Origin: an uncultured Verrucomicrobiota bacterium
GTDB lineage: Bacteria; Verrucomicrobiota; Verrucomicrobiia; Limisphaerales; UBA9464
NCBI GenBank assembly: GCA_964474315.1
Contig: CAYYSX010000001.1
Coordinates: forward strand, 578-64,577
Direction: 5' to 3'
Length of the DNA stretch: 64,000 nt
Part shown: positions 63,479-64,000 of the stretch, piece after piece
How positions within the stretch are numbered: position 1 is the first letter of the stretch
Layout: each line of letters starts with the position of its first letter
Notes under the pieces: model-generated
What the model was told of the DNA's origin: nothing
Seen by the model: only the letters and a program-made list of their open reading frames with translations
Databases searched by the model: none
Translations under genes and position numbers: made by a program

Positions 63479-64000
63479 TCACGGCACGGCCCACTGGGCC
63501 TTCCAACCGGTTCCTGCCCGCTGAAACTGCGCTCGGCGATGGTCTTCCGGCGCCAGCCAGAGCCAGTCGAGCTTCGTCACCCGACCAATGATGACAGTAA
63601 ACCGCGCGGTGCTTCCCGGGGTCAGAATTTGTCCTGGCTGCGGCCCGTCCAGCGGCGTGGCCGGCGCTTCGCCAGCCTGGTAGTTGTACCGGCTTCCCGC
63701 GGGAAGCCGGTGCCAGTAGGTATCGGCCACCGAATCGTTGGTGTGCAGACGGACTTCCGAAAAGGCCCGGAGTTGGACCTGTTCCCGAGGATCGTAGAAG
63801 AGCCAGACGGCGGAGGGATCCCGCTCGAGTTCAGTGACTTTGGCGGTCCGGCTGTCGGAAAACGCCAGGAGCTCAAAGCCGGGGCGCGTTACCGCCCGCA
63901 GCACCACGGTTCGCGCATTGGGACCGGATCGGCCGGCCGTGGCCAGCACCGGCAGACGCCACGGATGCCCGGGTTCGCCTACCGCCTGGACCAGAGTTGC
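63479..64000 (-). CDS. pyridoxamine 5'-phosphate oxidase family protein (5' end beyond the window)
   Basis: Motifs include LATAGRSGPNARTVVLRAV and VWLFYDPREQVQLR. The reading frame stays open to position 64000 (ATLVQAVGEPGHPWRLPVLATAGR), so the GTG at 63949 is probably not the true start. Confidence 0.65.
   Translation of the reverse strand, partial: ATLVQAVGEPGHPWRLPVLATAGRSGPNARTVVLRAVTRPGFELLAFSDSRTAKVTELERDPSAVWLFYDPREQVQLRAFSEVRLHTNDSVADTYWHRLPAGSRYNYQAGEAPATPLDGPQPGQILTPGSTARFTVIIGRVTKLDWLWLAPEDHRRAQFQRAGTGWKAQWAVP

Overview
The window is a high-GC chromosomal segment whose gene content points to the PVC superphylum, most likely Verrucomicrobiota. That assignment is an inference from several marker families: two PVC-type heme-binding CxxCH 'membrane-bound dehydrogenase' proteins, a DUF1559/H-X9-DG pseudopilin, a PEP-CTERM protein, the ~50-aa 'small basic protein', and giant Ig/LamG/PA14/FG-GAP surface proteins. 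I support about 41 protein-coding genes, one tRNA (anticodon CAT), one decayed IS element bounded by perfect 21-bp inverted repeats, and two clean intrinsic terminators. I also support a dispersed intergenic repeat family with 7 copies. I found no rRNA, CRISPR array, integrase or recognisable phage-defence gene. Housekeeping genes are folD, rluB-like, dus, rsmA, asd, queD, queE, an ABC-F ATPase and an amidase. These are interleaved with accessory blocks. (i) A lower-GC glycosylation operon at 12.2-19.4 kb (YfhO-like GT-C, GT2, C-methyltransferase, SDR epimerase) is headed by a PEP-CTERM protein and abuts the IS remnant. (ii) A tightly packed luxE-like / luxC-like / queD operon lies at 21.1-24.0 kb. 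(iii) A 12.4-kb surface-protein locus lies at 31.9-44.3 kb. (iv) An SGNH-like gene is translationally coupled to a PVC heme protein at 57.3-61.3 kb. The items most worth follow-up are the luxE-luxC-queD operon, the polar GYTCCAA-heptamer repeat family with its ~500-bp head-to-head palindrome at 47.9-48.4 kb, and the PEP-CTERM-linked glycosylation island. Most long ORFs in the six-frame track that lie antisense to these genes are high-GC shadow ORFs and were not called.
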